64,000 bases of DNA from Acidobacteriota bacterium (GCA_039933785.1 JBDTNL010000007.1:5466-69465), one strand, 5' to 3'; positions 8,933 through 18,440 are shown, counted from the stretch's first letter. The notes: generated by a model not told the origin, from the letters alone. Numbers and translations are program-made.

Positions 8933-9793
8933 TTACCACCCGATCGGGTGCCAGGTGGTCTTGATCTCCAGCGTCGGCCGGATCCAGTCGAGGCCCTGTG
9001 CTTCGGCGGCGGTGTAGTCGGCTACCGCGTAGCGCCGGCTGCGCTTGACGTTGACTGCCGCGTCTTGGAGCGCCGCGATCTCGAGCTCTGCAGGTAGTCC
9101 GGCGAGTGCCAGCGCGTTCACGTCCATGTGGCGCGCGAGCTGCGGGACGAGTTCGTCCTTGTGTCCCGACACGAGGTTCACCACGCCGGCAGGGAGATCC
9201 GAGGTGGCGAGAATCTCTCCGAGCTCGAGACCCGGGATTGGGTGGGCTTGAGAGAGCAGAGCGACGACCGTATTGCCGGAGACGATCGCTGGCGCGAGGT
9301 GCGACACCAGGCCGAGTAGCTCGGGAGTCTCGGGCGCGACGAGGCCGACCACGCCGGTGGGCTCGGGGGCGGAGAAGTTGAAGTACGGAGCGGCGACGGG
9401 GTTCACCGTCGAGAGCAGCGCCTGGTATTTATCGGCCCAACCGGCGTAGTGCACCAACCGGTCGATGCTGGCGCGAACTTCGGCGCGCGCTGCCGCCGGC
9501 GTGGTCTTTTTCGTCGCGCGCAGCAGAGCGATGAAGTCTTCCTGACGGCTTTCGAGCATTTCGGCCATGCGATAGAGGATCTGGCCACGCAGGTACGCCG
9601 TCTTACTCGCCCATCCCGGTTGCGCCTCGCGCGCCTTGCGGACGGCGTCGCGGATGTCCTTGCGCGAGCCGCGCGAGACGTTGGCGAAGAAGGCACCCTT
9701 GGCGTCGGCCAGGGGGTCGTAGCGACCGGATTCGCTGCGCACGAACTCGCCGCCGAGGTAGAGCTTGTAGGTCTTGCGAACGGGCAGGTTCAT
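8933..9793 (-). CDS. Truncated aldehyde-dehydrogenase-like protein (N-terminal NAD-binding half only; lacks catalytic Cys/Glu region)
   Basis: 286 aa from MNLPVRKTYKLYLGGEFV (cat at 9791-9793); aligns to ALDH N-terminal/cofactor domain (GNTVVAL, GVVNLVSG) but ends about 200 aa short of a full ALDH; ATGA overlap with upstream ALDH stop. Confidence 0.65.
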   Translation of the reverse strand: MNLPVRKTYKLYLGGEFVRSESGRYDPLADAKGAFFANVSRGSRKDIRDAVRKAREAQPGWASKTAYLRGQILYRMAEMLESRQEDFIALLRATKKTTPAAARAEVRASIDRLVHYAGWADKYQALLSTVNPVAAPYFNFSAPEPTGVVGLVAPETPELLGLVSHLAPAIVSGNTVVALLSQAHPIPGLELGEILATSDLPAGVVNLVSGHKDELVPQLARHMDVNALALAGLPAELEIAALQDAAVNVKRSRRYAVADYTAAEAQGLDWIRPTLEIKTTWHPIGW

Positions 9794-11301
9794 CCGACCA
9801 TCTCCAGGTACGCCTCGAGCCCGTGCGCTCCGCCCTCGCGGCCGAATCCCGACTCCTTGTAGCCGCCAAACGGTGAGGTGGGATCGAACTTGTTGAACGT
9901 GTTGGCCCACACCACTCCGGCACGGAGCCGCCGGGTGAGCGCGAAGATCTTGGCGCCCTTGTCGGTCCATACGCCCGCCGACAACCCATAGGCGAGATTG
10001 TTGGCTTTCTCGAGCGCCTCGTCGGGGGTGCGGAAGGTCATCACCGCGAGTACGGGACCGAAGATCTCCTCGCGCGCGATGCGGTGCGATTGCGCCACAC
10101 CGGTGAACCAGGTTGGCGGGAAGAAGTAGCCCTTCTTGGGGAGAGGGCACGCGCTCTGGTGAAGCTCCGCGCCCTCTTCCACTCCGCAGGCCACCAACTC
10201 GCGGATCTTGTCCAACTGTTGCTTGGAGTTGATCGCGCCGACGTCGGTGTTCTTGTCCAGGGGATTTCCCACCCGAAGCGTTTCGATACGGTGCGCGAGC
10301 TTCTGGAGCAGCGTGTCGGCGACCGACTCCTCGACCAAGAGGCGCGAACCGGCGCAGCACACGTGGCCTTGATTGAAATAGATGCCGTTGATGATGCCCT
10401 CGACCGCCTGATCGAGCGCCGCATCCTCGAACACGATGTTCGCGGCCTTGCCGCCGAGCTCGAGCGTGAGTCGCTTGCCGCTCGCGGCGGTCGCGCGTTG
10501 GATGAGCTTGCCGACGTCGGTCGAGCCGGTGAAGGCGATCTTGCGCACTCGCGGGTGGTTGACGATGTGGGCGCCAGTTTCGCCGGCTCCCGGCACGATG
10601 TTGACGACTCCGGGAGGCAAGTCGGCTTCCTGCAGGATCTTGGCGAGGTGCATGGCGGTGAGCGGGGTGGTTTCGGCCGGCTTCAGCACCACGGTGTTGC
10701 CGCAGGCGAGCGCCGGCGCGATCTTCCACGCCGCCATCAGGAGCGGAAAATTCCACGGGATGATCTGCCCGCAAACCCCGATCGGCGCCGCCGACTTACC
10801 GGGAAACGCATACTCGAGCTTGTCGGCCCAGCCGGCGTAGTAGAAGAAATGCGCCGCCGCGAGCGGCACGTCGACGTCACGCGACTCCTTGATCGGCTTG
10901 CCGCCGTCGAGAGTCTCGAGAATGGCGAACTCGCGGGCCCGCTCTTGCAGCAATCGAGCGATGCGGTAGATGTACTTGCCACGCTCCGCCGGCTTCATCT
11001 TCGACCACACCTTGCGATAGGCCGTTTCAGCGGCGAGGACCGCCGCATCGACGTCGGCCTCTCCGGCCTCCGCGACCTCCGCGAGGGTCTCTTCTGTCGC
11101 CGGATTGACGGTCTCGAACCACTTCTTCGACTTGGGCGCCACGAATTGGCCATTGATGAACAGGCCGTAGCGCTTGTCGATCCGCACGTGGTCGGTCGAT
11201 TCCGGGGAGGGTGCGTATTCCCAGGCCGAGCCGAACTCGAGCACCGGGCGCTCGGTGGCGAATTTGCTGGGGGACGAGGAGGGGTCCAGGGTGGTGCTCA
11301 T
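9790..11301 (-). CDS. Aldehyde dehydrogenase (NAD(P)+) family protein, full length
   Basis: Start MSTTLDPSS preceded by GGAGG RBS; ALDH motifs IPWNFPL, GNTVVLKPAE, ELGGK, catalytic HVCCAGSR, C-terminal EIFGPV; 503 aa. Confidence 0.88.
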   Translation of the reverse strand: MSTTLDPSSSPSKFATERPVLEFGSAWEYAPSPESTDHVRIDKRYGLFINGQFVAPKSKKWFETVNPATEETLAEVAEAGEADVDAAVLAAETAYRKVWSKMKPAERGKYIYRIARLLQERAREFAILETLDGGKPIKESRDVDVPLAAAHFFYYAGWADKLEYAFPGKSAAPIGVCGQIIPWNFPLLMAAWKIAPALACGNTVVLKPAETTPLTAMHLAKILQEADLPPGVVNIVPGAGETGAHIVNHPRVRKIAFTGSTDVGKLIQRATAASGKRLTLELGGKAANIVFEDAALDQAVEGIINGIYFNQGHVCCAGSRLLVEESVADTLLQKLAHRIETLRVGNPLDKNTDVGAINSKQQLDKIRELVACGVEEGAELHQSACPLPKKGYFFPPTWFTGVAQSHRIAREEIFGPVLAVMTFRTPDEALEKANNLAYGLSAGVWTDKGAKIFALTRRLRAGVVWANTFNKFDPTSPFGGYKESGFGREGGAHGLEAYLEMVG

Positions 11302-11802
11302 GAGGGGGCCTCCGAAACCTGGAGTATCGCATGGCACCTCACCGGCACCTCTCGGGTGCCTGGCTGCTCCGCGATCTAGAAGAAAGAGAACCCGGAATGC
11401 GTCTTATGGTGCTGGGAGGAGACTCATGCGCATGGAATCGCCAGGGGTATCGAAGACTTGGATCGAGCGCTGGAGCGAAGAGCTCGGCGCTGCCGTCCGG
11501 AGATTGGAGGCAATGCCGGAGCGGCTGCCGGAGCTCGTTGTCCTGGAGACGACGCCGGCCGGACGACGGCTGACGGCTCGCGAGACCGGGAGTCGCCGAT
11601 GGCGGTCTCCTGCTCGACTGCGCTGGCCCTCGGATTGAGGTCGCTTCGCGCGACGTCGGGCTCAGGGCCCCGATTCAGGCGTCTTGCCGCGTGACTGGAT
11701 CGAGCGCAGCGTCTCTCGAAGAACGGGGAGCATGGCGCGATCCTTGGGTCGATCGGCGAATTCCTTGGCCTCGATGATCGCCGGCCAAGGATCTCTAGCA
11801 GC

Positions 11803-12003
11803 TCAGCCGCGTTGAGTGGAGGCGTAGGCACCGCGCAGCTCGAGGATTCCCGCGCCAAAGACCCTGAGTCGTTCTAGACGCTCGTCGACCGTCATCGCCA
11901 GCGCCACCAGGATCAGGGAGCGGTCCACGCCCTCGGGGGTGTAGCAGTGTTCGAGCACGTAGGCGTCGTCATACTCGGGGTCGCGGACTTCGCTTTCGAT
12001 CAC
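11803..12003 (-). CDS. Hypothetical small protein (66 aa), GTG start
   Basis: Moderate GC3 bias; no recognisable family; lies in 790-bp gap between ALDH operon and patatin gene. Confidence 0.3.
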   Translation of the reverse strand: MIESEVRDPEYDDAYVLEHCYTPEGVDRSLILVALAMTVDERLERLRVFGAGILELRGAYASTQRG

Positions 12004-12089
12004 TTAGACATTGTAGTCCTCGCGGGAGCATCCCGACGAACTGAAGAGTAGTCTCAGCCTCAGCATCAAGAAGGCCAGGAGGTTTTCCG

Positions 12090-14132
12090 ATGTTGGCATG
12101 GGTGCAACGGCTGTGGCGCTCCTGTAGGGGCATGGGGCGCGTGCTCGGGCTCTGTCGATTCGCGTTGGCGACGCTGCTCCTAGTTGGCTTCGCGATGATC
12201 GGCGTCCCCCAGGGCCAGGACCTCCTGCGGTTCGTGAACGAATCGCTGGGCGGCGACTACGCGACCATGCAGCCGGCGATTTGGTTTCTGCTGGCGCTTT
12301 GGATCTGGGCCACCTCTGCTTGGTATTTCTCGCGCTTCATTTTGGCGGTGCTGTTGCGCCCGCACCTGCCGGCCCAGAAATGGTTCGTGCTCTGGCTACC
12401 TAGGGGCATTGGTGCGGCCTGCTTTCTGGCCCTGACGGTAGGTTTGCTGCGGGTCGAGGCATGGGGTCTTGCGGCGATCGCCGGAAGCGGAGCGGTCGCC
12501 TTCGTCGTCTTCGCGGTCTGGGGCGGCGCCTGGATGCGCCGGGTCGGCGCGGTACCCACCGAGGAGCATTCGGGCCTTGGCGTGCGTGCCCAGCCCAAGG
12601 CGGCGCGCGGGTTGGCGTTTCTGTTCGCGCTCCTTGCCGCGGCGCTCTTCGTGGCCTTCGCGGTGTCGCGCGTCGACTTGCCGCAGAGATTGGGGTCGGC
12701 GGCGATCGTGATGCTCGCAGCCTCGACCTGGATCCCGTTCGGGACGCTCCTGGTCTATTTCGGCCACCGCCTGCGGCTGCCTCTGCTCACTCTGTTCTTC
12801 GCCGCCGTAGCGGTCTTCAGCTTCTGGAACGACAATCACGCGCTGCGCTTGGCTCCCGCCAGCCCGCTCCCTCCCTCGACCGAGAGTTTGCGCGACAACC
12901 TGGGCCGTTGGGTCGCCGAACGGGAGGTGCCAGGCGATTCGTTAGCGCCGATTCCGCTGGTTCTCGTAGTCGCCGAAGGTGGCGGCGCCCGGGCCGCGTA
13001 CTGGACCGCGCACGTGCTCGCGACACTGGAAGAGCACGCTCCGGGATTCTCGCGCCGGGTGTATGCGATCAGCGGTGTCTCCGGCGGCGCCGTGGGCGCG
13101 ACGATGTTCGCCGCCCTGATGGCGGAACCCACTAGCTGGCCGGCGGATCTCGCCCCCTCGGCGTGCCACGCTCATGACGGTCGGGTTGGGCTGGGCGAGG
13201 CCGCGCGCTGCCTCGCCGGCGGCGACTTCCTGTCGCCGCCGCTCGCGGGCATGCTCTACGCGGACTTGATGGCCCACATGTCTCCTTGGCAGATTCCAGC
13301 CTTCGACCGCGCGCGGTCGCTCGAAAGCGCGTGGGAGGAGTCCTGGAATCGGGAAGTCCAGCCGCGAAACGGTCCGAGCTCGGACCGCCTGGCCGCTCCG
13401 TTCCTCTCGCTCTGGTCGGGACCCAGAACGCCAGCGGTGCCAAATCTGATTCTGGATGGCACTTGGGTCGAAACCGGCCAGCGCGCGATCACGACCAACC
13501 TGCGTCTGAGGCCCTCTCCCTTCGGCGGCGCGCTCGATGTTCTCGAGCTCATGAACAGCGACGTGCCGCTCTCCACCGCGGCCCACAGTGCCGCCCGGTT
13601 TCCTCTCGTCAGTCCCGCCGGTCGCGTCGATCACGCGGGTAAGACACTCGGCCACGTGGTCGATGGGGGGTACTTCGAGAATGCGGGAGCCACCGCGGCG
13701 CTCGAAGTGCTCGACAGCGCGATCTGGCTTCGCGACCTGCATCATCTACCGCTGCGGCTGATCGTGATCGCGATCAGCAACGACCCCGCTGTCCTGCCGC
13801 CGCCCAATTCCCAGTGCGCCGAGCCCGTCGTCGGGCTGGGCCCACCGCTGCGCGGCATGGAAGCCTTGGCGCCGGTGTCGGCTGTGCTCAACGCGCGCGA
13901 AGCGCGCAGCCAGTTCGCCTTGCGGGCTCTTCGCGACTACACGCTCGGCGATCGCGATCGTGACCACGACACGTGGTATTTCCGATTTGGGCTACGCCAG
14001 TCGGGTCCGGAGCCCCTCGGGTGGCAGCTTTCGCGGACTTCTCAGAAGGTCATTGCCGATCAACTCGAGGATCCCGCCGTGCCATTTTGCAACCGCCAAC
14101 GGTTAGAGGATGTGGTCGCGCTACTTCGCTGA
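12090..14132 (+). CDS. Membrane-anchored patatin-like phospholipase (N-terminal multi-TM domain plus C-terminal PNPLA domain)
   Basis: AGGAGG RBS 7 nt before ATG 12090; about 250-aa N-terminal region with about 6-7 hydrophobic helices; patatin motifs EGGGARAAYW (GGxR oxyanion), GVSGG (GxSxG nucleophile), VVDGGYFENAG (catalytic Asp DGG). Confidence 0.78.
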   Translation: MLAWVQRLWRSCRGMGRVLGLCRFALATLLLVGFAMIGVPQGQDLLRFVNESLGGDYATMQPAIWFLLALWIWATSAWYFSRFILAVLLRPHLPAQKWFVLWLPRGIGAACFLALTVGLLRVEAWGLAAIAGSGAVAFVVFAVWGGAWMRRVGAVPTEEHSGLGVRAQPKAARGLAFLFALLAAALFVAFAVSRVDLPQRLGSAAIVMLAASTWIPFGTLLVYFGHRLRLPLLTLFFAAVAVFSFWNDNHALRLAPASPLPPSTESLRDNLGRWVAEREVPGDSLAPIPLVLVVAEGGGARAAYWTAHVLATLEEHAPGFSRRVYAISGVSGGAVGATMFAALMAEPTSWPADLAPSACHAHDGRVGLGEAARCLAGGDFLSPPLAGMLYADLMAHMSPWQIPAFDRARSLESAWEESWNREVQPRNGPSSDRLAAPFLSLWSGPRTPAVPNLILDGTWVETGQRAITTNLRLRPSPFGGALDVLELMNSDVPLSTAAHSAARFPLVSPAGRVDHAGKTLGHVVDGGYFENAGATAALEVLDSAIWLRDLHHLPLRLIVIAISNDPAVLPPPNSQCAEPVVGLGPPLRGMEALAPVSAVLNAREARSQFALRALRDYTLGDRDRDHDTWYFRFGLRQSGPEPLGWQLSRTSQKVIADQLEDPAVPFCNRQRLEDVVALLR

Positions 14133-14135
14133 GCT

Positions 14136-14696
14136 CTACCGGAGTGGTTTCTCGGCGTGCTTGAGGACCTGGATCCGATCCGCCAGCACCAGGTAGCGAG
14201 TTTCGATCGCGACGGCGTTCTCGCCGGTAGCGAGCACGGCGCGAATCTGGATTTGGTTGCCGACGCGGTCCAGGCTCAGGCTTCGCCAGGAGGGGCCGTG
14301 CGCAGCTGGATCCGCGAATGCACCGCAGAGCGCGTCGAGTTTTCCGGCGGCGGCATCCGTGGCGTTAGCGGCAGAGAAATCAATCGGCGGCACGCCATCA
14401 CGAAACCACGTTCGCACCAGATCCACCTGCCCGGGCGAACACTGGCTGGCGAAGCCCAGCGCCGTCGACAGCGCGCAGCGCAGCGGGCCTTCGCTCGAGG
14501 CCCTCGCGCAGCCCGTCGAGCCGCGCATGGCATACAACGCGAGGATGGCTCGGAGCGCCTCCGGCATTGGCTGAATTGAACCGAGCCGAACGCTGGGCGA
14601 CGCCTTGACGTCGAAGATCGTCGACGCCTCTACCGCCGCAGCGCCCAGGGCCAGCAGCGAGACGACGAGCGCGCCGAAGCGAGAGGCCGGAGGCAT
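14136..14696 (-). CDS. Hypothetical secreted protein with signal peptide and several Cys
   Basis: 186 aa, N-term MPPASRFGALVVSLLALGAAAVEA; convergent with patatin gene (3-bp gap). Confidence 0.55.
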   Translation of the reverse strand: MPPASRFGALVVSLLALGAAAVEASTIFDVKASPSVRLGSIQPMPEALRAILALYAMRGSTGCARASSEGPLRCALSTALGFASQCSPGQVDLVRTWFRDGVPPIDFSAANATDAAAGKLDALCGAFADPAAHGPSWRSLSLDRVGNQIQIRAVLATGENAVAIETRYLVLADRIQVLKHAEKPLR

Positions 14697-14753
14697 GGTC
14701 CGGCCATGATGGCACGCCTGTCGCAGGATCGACGCGGGGTAGAATTGCCGTCA

Positions 14754-16256
14754 ATGGCCAGCAAGATGCTCGTCGAAAGCGACCCGCACCAGACCCGGAT
14801 CGCGGTGCTCGAAGACGACCGCCTGGTCGAGATCTTCGTCGAGCGCCATCGCCATCGCGGCCTGGTGGGCAACGTCTACAAGGGGCGGGTGACGCGCGTG
14901 CTGCCGGGAATGCAGGCGGCGTTCGTCGATATCGGTCTCGGACGCGACGCGTTTCTCTACGTGAGCGACGTGAGCGGCGATCTCGCGGCGCTCGAGGACA
15001 TGGAGCCCGCGGAGCACACCGAGGACATCACCGCGCCGGCAGAGTCCCCGCCGCCGCCCTCGATCGACGAGCTCCTGAAGCCTGGCCAGGAATTGATGGT
15101 GCAGGTCCTCAAGGATCCTCTGGCGAGCAAGGGTGCGCGCGTCTCGACTCAGGTGACCCTGCCCGGCCGCTATCTCGTGCTCCTGCCGACCGTGAGGCAC
15201 TTCGGCGTCTCGCGGCGCATCGAAGACGAGACCGAGCGCACGCGTCTGCGCGCCGAATTGGATGCTCTGTCGCCGGCCCCCGGCGGGCTGATCGTGCGCA
15301 CCGCTGGCGAGGGCAAGGGCCGCGAGGAATTCGAGGCCGATCGCGCGTACCTGCTGAATCTCTGGGAGCGCCTCCGCCTGCGGGCCGAGAAGGCCTCGAC
15401 GCCGACGCTCTTGCACCAGGATCTCGACCTCGCTCTGCGCGTGGTGCGCGATCTCTTCAACGCATCGTTCAACGTCCTCTGGGTCGACGGCGAGGAGACC
15501 TACGAGCGCATCGTCGAGTTCCTCGATCAGGTGCAACCGGCGTTGGTTCACCGCGTGCGGATCTTTCGACAAGAGCTCTCTCTCTTCGAACGATTCGGCA
15601 TCGAGGGCGAGATCGAGAACGCGCTGCAGAGCAAGGTCTGGCTCAAGTCCGGCGGCTACCTGGTGATCAACCCGACCGAGGCGCTGGTCGCCATCGACGT
15701 CAACACCGGCCGCTTTGTCGGTCAGCACAATCTCGAGGACACGGTCCTGCGCACCAACCTCGAGGCGGTGCGCGAGGTCGTACGGCAGATCCGCCTGCGC
15801 GATCTCGGCGGCATCATCGTGCTCGACCTGATCGACATGGTCGAGATCGAAAACCGCCAGCGCGTCTTCGCCGAGCTCGAGGGCGAGCTCAAGAAGGACC
15901 GGGCGAAGAACAAGGTGCTCAACATTTCCGACTTCGGCTTGGTCGAGATCACCCGCAAGCGGAGCCACGCCAACCTCGAACGCCTGCTGACCCAGACCTG
16001 TCCATACTGCGAAGGTAGCGGCCGGATTGATTCAGTGGCGACGGTTTGCCTTACGTTGAGGCGCGAGCTCCTGCGCCGGCGCGGGCGCCCGCAGTCGCGT
16101 GAGCTTCTGCTGCGCGTGCATCCGGAAGTCGCGCGGGCTCTGCAAGGCGAGGAACGCGCCATTCTCGACGAGCTCGAGCGCGCGCTCGGCACCACGATCC
16201 TCCTGCGCTCGGATCCCGAGCTTCATCACGAACGCTTCGACATCCTCGAAGTCTGA
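14754..16256 (+). CDS. rng: Ribonuclease G/E family (RNase G, CafA)
   Basis: S1 domain N-term (GNVYKGRVTRVLPGMQAAFVDIGL), DNase-I-like catalytic region (LIVRTAGEG, DVN), C-terminal Zn-link CPYCEGSG; start MASKML at 14754. Confidence 0.88.
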   Translation: MASKMLVESDPHQTRIAVLEDDRLVEIFVERHRHRGLVGNVYKGRVTRVLPGMQAAFVDIGLGRDAFLYVSDVSGDLAALEDMEPAEHTEDITAPAESPPPPSIDELLKPGQELMVQVLKDPLASKGARVSTQVTLPGRYLVLLPTVRHFGVSRRIEDETERTRLRAELDALSPAPGGLIVRTAGEGKGREEFEADRAYLLNLWERLRLRAEKASTPTLLHQDLDLALRVVRDLFNASFNVLWVDGEETYERIVEFLDQVQPALVHRVRIFRQELSLFERFGIEGEIENALQSKVWLKSGGYLVINPTEALVAIDVNTGRFVGQHNLEDTVLRTNLEAVREVVRQIRLRDLGGIIVLDLIDMVEIENRQRVFAELEGELKKDRAKNKVLNISDFGLVEITRKRSHANLERLLTQTCPYCEGSGRIDSVATVCLTLRRELLRRRGRPQSRELLLRVHPEVARALQGEERAILDELERALGTTILLRSDPELHHERFDILEV

Positions 16257-18440
16257 ATGAGCCGGGGCTTCGATCTCGGCGACCTCGACGGCGAGATTGC
16301 CGACGGCCTCGAGCTGCCCACTCTCGAAGCCACGGTGCGCCGCTTGATCGATCCTGCGAACGCTGTGCGCACCTTGCATTGGGGGCGCAACTACCTCTAT
16401 ACCATCGAGCTAGACAGCGCCGCGGGCCCCGTGCACGCGGTGGTCAAGCAGTTCCGTCACCAGGGTTGGCGCGAGCGCTGGCGTCGCCGCGTGCGGGGCA
16501 GCAAGGCAATGCGCAGCTGGCGCGCCGCCTACGCCGTGCGCGAGGCCGGGGTATTGACGCCGGCGCCGCTCTTGCTCGTCGAGTCCAAAGATCCAGCCGG
16601 ACCGGCCTGGTATGTCTCGGCAGCGATCGATCGAGCGCTCGAACTGCGCTATTTCCTGCGCGCTCTAAACGCCGGGACCGAGCGCTCGGACTATCCCGCG
16701 ATCGACGGGGAGAAGCTGGTGTCAGCGGTCGGACGCTTGGCTCGCCGTCTGCACGAAGCGAGCATCTGGCATCGCGACCTCACCGGGGGCAACCTGCTCG
16801 CGCCTTGGGACGAGGGCGCCATCGCCGAGACGGCGGGAGACCCCGCGCTCTTCCTACTCGATCTAAATCGCGCGCGCCTCGGAAAGCGCTTGTCGACGAG
16901 CGAGCGCATGCGCGATCTTGCGCGCTTCCCGGTGCTCCGCGCCGCCGATCAGGAACGCTTTCTCGCGGGCTACTTCGGGGAGCCGAGTGCGCGGCACAGA
17001 GTCTCCCGCGCGCTTTACGGCTGGTACCACCGCGGCTTCTTGTGGAAGAACCGGGTCAAGCCGAAGCTCCGCGGTGGGATGAAGTGGCTCCGCGATCTGG
17101 TCGTTCCGCGAAGCGCCCATGCGCACATACCGGCGGCTCCCGACGGTGCGGCCGCACGCGACCGGAGCGTGTGGGACGCGCTCTCCGATCAACCGCACCA
17201 GCACGCCAGCCGATGGCAAAAGCTGGGTGTTCGGGTCGCAGACTTGCCGGCGCATGCGCAGGCGCTGGCCAACGCCGGCTTTGTCGCACCGCGGATCTGG
17301 CGGCGCTACCGGGCGCTGAAACGACAGCTGTACTCGCAGCCAGTCGGGTTCGACGGCCTCGGTGTTTGCGTCCGGCCATGGCCCGCGAATCCCGAAGCCC
17401 TGCTCCAAGCGCTCGACGACCTCGGCGCACGGAAGGTTCTTCTGCGGCTGCACCCGTGGGAGGCCGACCACTCGAGCGAAGAAGACTTGGCGCGGACGCT
17501 CCACGGCCGAGGCTATGAGCTGGCCTTCGCGCTGCCGCAGAACCGCGATCTGGTTCGCGACCCGGCCCGTTGGCGTCGGTCCGTGGAAGAGCTCGCCGAG
17601 CGCTTCATTCCCTTCGGCAAGCATTTTCAGATCGGCCAGGCAATCAATCGGAGCAAATGGGGCGTTTGGACCCTGCGCGAATACGCCGCCCTCGCCGCGA
17701 GCGCCGCCGAGGTACTTCGACGCTATCCCGGTGTCGAGATCCTCGGCCCGGGAGTGATCGACTTCGAGTATCACCAGACCGCGGCGGCGCTCAATCTGGG
17801 CGGCGCCGGGTATCGCTTCGACGCGGTCTCTGCGTTGCTCTACGTCGATCGGCGGGGCGCTCCCGAGAATCGGCAGATGACGCTCGACACGGTCGACAAG
17901 GTCGTGCTCCTGCAGGCGATCGCAGAAACCGCCAAGAACTCTGCCGGCCGCACCTGGATCACGGAGGTCAACTGGCCGCTCTGGGAAGGGCCGCACTCTC
18001 CGGCCGGGCGCAGTGTCTCGGTGGACGAAGAAACGCAAGCCAACTACCTCGTGCGCTACTACCTCGAGGCGCTGGGTACGGGTTGCGTCGAGCGGGTGTA
18101 CTGGTGGCAGGTGGTGGCGCGCGGCTACGGCTTGATCGCGCCCGAGACCGGCGGCCTGAGGCGGCGGCCGGCATATCGTGCCCTGGCGACGCTAGTGAAG
18201 ATGCTCTCGGGCTCGAGCTTCCTGGGTCCGCTTCCCTCGCCGGCGGGCACTTGGATGTATCGCTTTCGCGACTCGGCTGGCGGTGAGCTTCTCGTCTGTT
18301 GGTGCCTGGAGGGGCGGACTCCGGTCGACCTTCCCGGGAGCGTGACGGCCACCATCGACCGCGATGGAACTCCCTTCGATCGAGGCGGCGCGCGGTTGCA
18401 GCTATCTCCATCGCCGATCTACCTGCGACTTGCGCCGTAG
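16257..18440 (+). CDS. Fusion protein: N-terminal lipopolysaccharide kinase (Kdo/WaaP/InaA) family domain plus C-terminal TIM-barrel glycoside-hydrolase-like domain
   Basis: ATG 16257 directly abuts rng TGA (TGAATG). N-term HWGRNYLYTIELD..., catalytic-loop-like IWHRDLTGGNLL, LLDLNRARL; C-term about 440 aa with WITEVNWPL (clan GH-A nucleophile-like ITE-N) and YWWQVV. Confidence 0.6.
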   Translation: MSRGFDLGDLDGEIADGLELPTLEATVRRLIDPANAVRTLHWGRNYLYTIELDSAAGPVHAVVKQFRHQGWRERWRRRVRGSKAMRSWRAAYAVREAGVLTPAPLLLVESKDPAGPAWYVSAAIDRALELRYFLRALNAGTERSDYPAIDGEKLVSAVGRLARRLHEASIWHRDLTGGNLLAPWDEGAIAETAGDPALFLLDLNRARLGKRLSTSERMRDLARFPVLRAADQERFLAGYFGEPSARHRVSRALYGWYHRGFLWKNRVKPKLRGGMKWLRDLVVPRSAHAHIPAAPDGAAARDRSVWDALSDQPHQHASRWQKLGVRVADLPAHAQALANAGFVAPRIWRRYRALKRQLYSQPVGFDGLGVCVRPWPANPEALLQALDDLGARKVLLRLHPWEADHSSEEDLARTLHGRGYELAFALPQNRDLVRDPARWRRSVEELAERFIPFGKHFQIGQAINRSKWGVWTLREYAALAASAAEVLRRYPGVEILGPGVIDFEYHQTAAALNLGGAGYRFDAVSALLYVDRRGAPENRQMTLDTVDKVVLLQAIAETAKNSAGRTWITEVNWPLWEGPHSPAGRSVSVDEETQANYLVRYYLEALGTGCVERVYWWQVVARGYGLIAPETGGLRRRPAYRALATLVKMLSGSSFLGPLPSPAGTWMYRFRDSAGGELLVCWCLEGRTPVDLPGSVTATIDRDGTPFDRGGARLQLSPSPIYLRLAP

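Noticed and set aside
10084-11379. ORF 10084..11379+ (431 aa) and other ORFs across the ALDH genes
   Set aside because: Antisense of ALDH; no motifs.
11174-11638. ORF 11174..11638+ with a superficially protein-like segment MRMESPGVSKTWIERWSEELGAAVRRLEAMPERL
   Set aside because: Third-position GC is mediocre compared with neighbouring genes and there is no RBS or family signature; left as possible non-coding leader (see finding at 11302-12089).
14751-18038. ORF 14751..15968- (405 aa), 16379..17518+ (379 aa), 16863..18038- (391 aa)
   Set aside because: Shadow ORFs inside rng and the kinase-GH fusion gene; repetitive R/A/G composition.
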